From: Deltaproteobacteria bacterium | GTDB taxonomy: Bacteria > Desulfobacterota > Binatia > UBA12015 | NCBI GenBank assembly: GCA_046583355.1 | Contig: JAYGCM010000010.1 | Location: 1 to 64,000 of the forward strand | DNA: 64,000 nt | Reading direction: 5' to 3' | Shown: piece after piece, positions 60,860 through 64,000 of the stretch | Position numbering within the stretch: position 1 is the stretch's first letter | Layout: every line of letters begins with the position of its first letter | The notes under the pieces: generated by a model | Databases searched by the model: none | Told to the model about the DNA's origin: nothing | The model's input: the letters and a program-made list of their open reading frames with translations, nothing else | Translations under genes and position numbers: made by a program

Positions 60860-61035
60860 GGGGGCGTGGCGGCCGATTGCCCGCACGCCGGACTTTGCGG
60901 CCGCACCTCTGGTGGGCGGGCCGAGTCGGCGGACCTTGGTCCGCGAAGGGCCTTTTGGGCCGGGTCGCCAAGCGTCATTCCGTGGTGCTTCGGGCCGGAT
61001 TGTGCTTTTCCTTCGGGAAGCGCAGGGATCTTATC

Positions 61036-62166
61036 GTGGCTAAGAAAACAACAGGCAAGCAGGCCGCCAAGGCCGCCAGGCGACCCACGTTGGCGACGTT
61101 GCGTCGTCGCCTGGATGCCATCGACGCGGACTTGCTGGCGAAGTTGAGCGAGCGCACGAGCGTCGTGCTCGATGTGAAGGCCGCCAAGCAGCATAAGGGC
61201 GGACCCATCTGGGTGCCCGAGCGCGAGGCCGAACAGCTGGCGCGGCTACTCGCGCTCAACGCGCAGGCGGCGGTGCCGGTGCCCGAGTCGGCCTTGCGGG
61301 CCATCTTCGGCGAGGTGCTCTCCTCGTCGCGTTCCCTACAGGGCGCCTTGCGGGTTGCGTACCTCGGCCCGGAGGGAACCTACTCGGAGTTGGCGGCACG
61401 CGCGCAATTTGGTTCGCAGGCCGAGTTGGTGCCGGTCGGCAGCATCGCCGAGGTCTTCGCGACTGTTGAAAAGGCGCAAGCCGAGTTGGGGCTCGTCCCC
61501 TTCGAGAACTCGACCGAAGGAATTGTTGCGCAGACCTTGGACCGTTTCGTCGACAGCCCATTGCAGATTCTGGGCGAAGAGCAGCTCGAAATTCGCCATG
61601 CGCTTCTGTCCAAGGCGAAATCTCTTGCCGGCGTGCGTCGCGTCCTGGCGCATCCGCAAGCGCTGGCGCAATGCCGCCAATGGCTGGGCGACCATCTGCC
61701 CGACGCCGAGACGCTGCCGGTGTCGAGCAATGCCGAGGCCGCAAGGCAGGCGGCGCGCACGCGTACGACCGCCGCCATCGCGAGTGCGTCGGCGGGGCGG
61801 CGCTACGATCTCGATGTGTTGGCCTCGGGGATTCAGGATATCGCCCAGAATGTGACGCGTTTTGTCGTCATTGGCAGCGGCGACCAGGCGACCCGGAAGC
61901 GCAACGATAAAATCTCCGTGCTCTTTTCGGTCAATAATGAGGTTGGTGTGCTGGCGAAGATTCTTGCGCCGCTCGCGCGCGCCGGGATCGATGTGCTCAA
62001 AATCGAGTCGCGCCCGCGTCGCGGCTGGCTTTGGGATTATATCTTTTTCGTCGATTTGCGCGCCGACCCAGAACAGCCGGCCACGGTGCGCGCGCTTGCG
62101 GCGATGCGTCGCCGTTGCGTCTGGTTGAAGGTTCTCGGCACCTACGCGGCGGCCGGGACGGATTGA
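61036..62166 (+). CDS. pheA: Chorismate mutase / prephenate dehydratase
   Basis: LRRRLDAID...ERE chorismate mutase domain, YLGPEGTYS, ENSTEG, NVTRF, IESRP ACT domain. Confidence 0.95.
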   Translation: MAKKTTGKQAAKAARRPTLATLRRRLDAIDADLLAKLSERTSVVLDVKAAKQHKGGPIWVPEREAEQLARLLALNAQAAVPVPESALRAIFGEVLSSSRSLQGALRVAYLGPEGTYSELAARAQFGSQAELVPVGSIAEVFATVEKAQAELGLVPFENSTEGIVAQTLDRFVDSPLQILGEEQLEIRHALLSKAKSLAGVRRVLAHPQALAQCRQWLGDHLPDAETLPVSSNAEAARQAARTRTTAAIASASAGRRYDLDVLASGIQDIAQNVTRFVVIGSGDQATRKRNDKISVLFSVNNEVGVLAKILAPLARAGIDVLKIESRPRRGWLWDYIFFVDLRADPEQPATVRALAAMRRRCVWLKVLGTYAAAGTD

Positions 62167-62174
62167 GACGCGCC

Positions 62175-63320
62175 ATGGCGGGCTTGGATCTGGCGAAGCT
62201 GATACCGGAGCATTTGCGCTCGCTCTCGCCCTACCAACCGGGTCGCGCGATCGCCGAGATCCAGCGCGAATTCGGCCTGCGCGATGTCGTCAAATTGGCA
62301 TCCAACGAAAATCCGCTCGGAATGTCGCCGCACGCCCATGCGGCGCTCGTCGCGGTGGCCGCCGAAGCGCATCGCTACCCCGAGGGCGGATCACCGGATC
62401 TGCGCGCGGCGTTGGCTTTGAAATACGATTTGCCGCGCGAGCGCATCCTGCTCGGCAACGGCTCCAACGAGATCCTCACGCTGCTGGCCCGGCTTCTGCT
62501 GACGCCGGGCGACGAGGTCGTCGTCGCGGCGCATGCCTTTGCCGTCTATACGATTTCGGCGCGGGCCCAGGGGGCCGACGTCATAACGGTCCCGGCGCCA
62601 CATTTCGCACATGACCCCGCGGCGCTGGCGGCTGCTATCACCGAACGCACGAAAATCGTCTATCTCTGCAATCCGAACAACCCCACCGGTACGATGTTCC
62701 GGCGCAAGGAGTGGGAGCAGTTCTTTGCTGCGGTTCCCGACCATGTGCTGGTCGTCAGCGACAATGCGTACGCCGAATACGTCGAAGACCCCGATTACCC
62801 CGACGCTCTCGCGGAGCGCGACCGCCACCCGGGGATGGTCGTGCTGCGTACCTTCTCGAAAATCCACGGCCTCGCCGGCCTTCGGGTGGGCTGGGGGGTA
62901 GCGCCGGCCGGGCTGGTCGAGCTCTATGATTCCCTGCGCGACCCTTTCCATTTGAATCTCGCCGCAGAGCGCGCCGCGATAGCGGCCCTGGGCGACGACG
63001 AGCATGTGGCGCGCAGCCGCCGGGTGAACCGGGAAGGGCGCGATTTTCTCCGGCGCGTCGCGCGTACGCTGGGTCTGCCCGCGCTTCCCAGCGAAGGTAA
63101 TTTTCTTACCATTGAGGTTGGCGACGCGGCGTTCGTGGCGGGTTCTTTGGAGCGCGCCGGCGTAATCGTGCGGCCGCTGGGCGGCTACGGGATGGCGGCT
63201 CATATCCGCGTGAGTGTCGGCCTGCCTGAGGAAAATACCACCTTCGCCCAGACTCTCGCCGCACTTCTCGGCATCAGCGGTCCGGGCGTGCCCTTGTTGC
63301 GCCAGGAGGAGTCGGCATGA
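62175..63320 (+). CDS. hisC: Histidinol-phosphate / aromatic aminotransferase
   Basis: KLASNENP, GNGSNE, NPNNPTG, RTFSKIHGLAGLRVG. Confidence 0.93.
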   Translation: MAGLDLAKLIPEHLRSLSPYQPGRAIAEIQREFGLRDVVKLASNENPLGMSPHAHAALVAVAAEAHRYPEGGSPDLRAALALKYDLPRERILLGNGSNEILTLLARLLLTPGDEVVVAAHAFAVYTISARAQGADVITVPAPHFAHDPAALAAAITERTKIVYLCNPNNPTGTMFRRKEWEQFFAAVPDHVLVVSDNAYAEYVEDPDYPDALAERDRHPGMVVLRTFSKIHGLAGLRVGWGVAPAGLVELYDSLRDPFHLNLAAERAAIAALGDDEHVARSRRVNREGRDFLRRVARTLGLPALPSEGNFLTIEVGDAAFVAGSLERAGVIVRPLGGYGMAAHIRVSVGLPEENTTFAQTLAALLGISGPGVPLLRQEESA

Positions 63321-64000
63321 AGCCGCTGCGCAGGCTCGGGATTGTCGGCGTCGGGCTGATTGGTGGCTCGGCTGCCTTGGCGGCGCGCCGCCAAGGCATC
63401 GCGGAGCAGATCGTGGGTGTCGGCCGCACGCAGGCGAATCTGGATGTCGCGCTTGCGCGGGGCATCGTGGATGCCGCCAGCCGCGATATGGGAATTCTCG
63501 AAGGCTGCGATTTTGTTCTGCTGGCAACCCCGGTTGGTTCCATCGCAGCCAATGCGGCGGCTGCCGCTGAGGTGCTCGGCGCCGATGCCGTTATCACCGA
63601 TGGCGGTAGCGTCAAGGCCGAGATTGTCCGGCAATGCCGGGCTGTGCTCGGCAGCCGTTTCGTCGGCAGCCATCCGATTGCCGGTAGCGAGAAATCCGGC
63701 GCTGGTGCGGCACGCGCGACGCTATTCGAGGACGCCGTCTGTGTGGTTACGGCCGACGGCGAGGACGATCCGGCAGCACTCGTGCGCGTGCGTGAGTTCT
63801 GGACCGCGCTCGGCATGAAGGTGGTGGGCATGGCGCCTGCCGAGCATGACCACGCCTTGGCAATCACCAGCCACCTGCCGCATCTGGCTGCCTTCGCCTT
63901 GGCGCGGATCGGCGCGGCCGAAAGCGGCGCCATCGACGCCTTGATCGGGCCATCATTTCGCGAGATGACGCGTGTCGCCGCGAGTTCACCCGAGATGTGG
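63317..64000 (+). CDS. tyrA: Prephenate/arogenate dehydrogenase (3'-truncated by the window edge)
   Basis: Translated by hand: GVGLIGGS, TDGGSVK, HPIAGSEKSG, HDHALAITSHLPH, MTRVAASSPEMW. ATGA overlap with hisC. Confidence 0.93.
   Translation, partial: MKPLRRLGIVGVGLIGGSAALAARRQGIAEQIVGVGRTQANLDVALARGIVDAASRDMGILEGCDFVLLATPVGSIAANAAAAAEVLGADAVITDGGSVKAEIVRQCRAVLGSRFVGSHPIAGSEKSGAGAARATLFEDAVCVVTADGEDDPAALVRVREFWTALGMKVVGMAPAEHDHALAITSHLPHLAAFALARIGAAESGAIDALIGPSFREMTRVAASSPEMW

Overview
High-GC bacterial chromosomal window, densely coding. Gene order (lysS-lolE-lolD-bamA-skp, lpxI, split hldA/hldC, gspC-N, rel-ridA-rpmB) suggests a deltaproteobacteria-like lineage, possibly Ca. Binatia or Myxococcota (inference only). 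Contents in order: urea ABC transporter and urease (urtBCDE, ureDABCEFG); a VOC protein; ruvCAB coupled to an NtrY-type kinase and a receiver-domain-LpxC fusion; a type II secretion system (gspC-N, minus strand) split by a five-gene cassette; an outer-membrane/LPS cluster with a FabZ-LpxA fusion and no lpxD; yicC-gmk-rel-ridA-rpmB; hldC; a PGI homologue with degenerate catalytic motifs; mutL-miaA; pheA-hisC-tyrA (partial). I saw no rRNA, tRNA, CRISPR array or mobile element. The best candidate for an undescribed system is rewired control of lipid A entry. The kinase's apparent response regulator has LpxC, the committed enzyme of lipid A synthesis, as its output domain, and the two enzymes that compete for 3-hydroxyacyl-ACP (FabZ and LpxA) are fused. 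Novelty could not be checked against databases.
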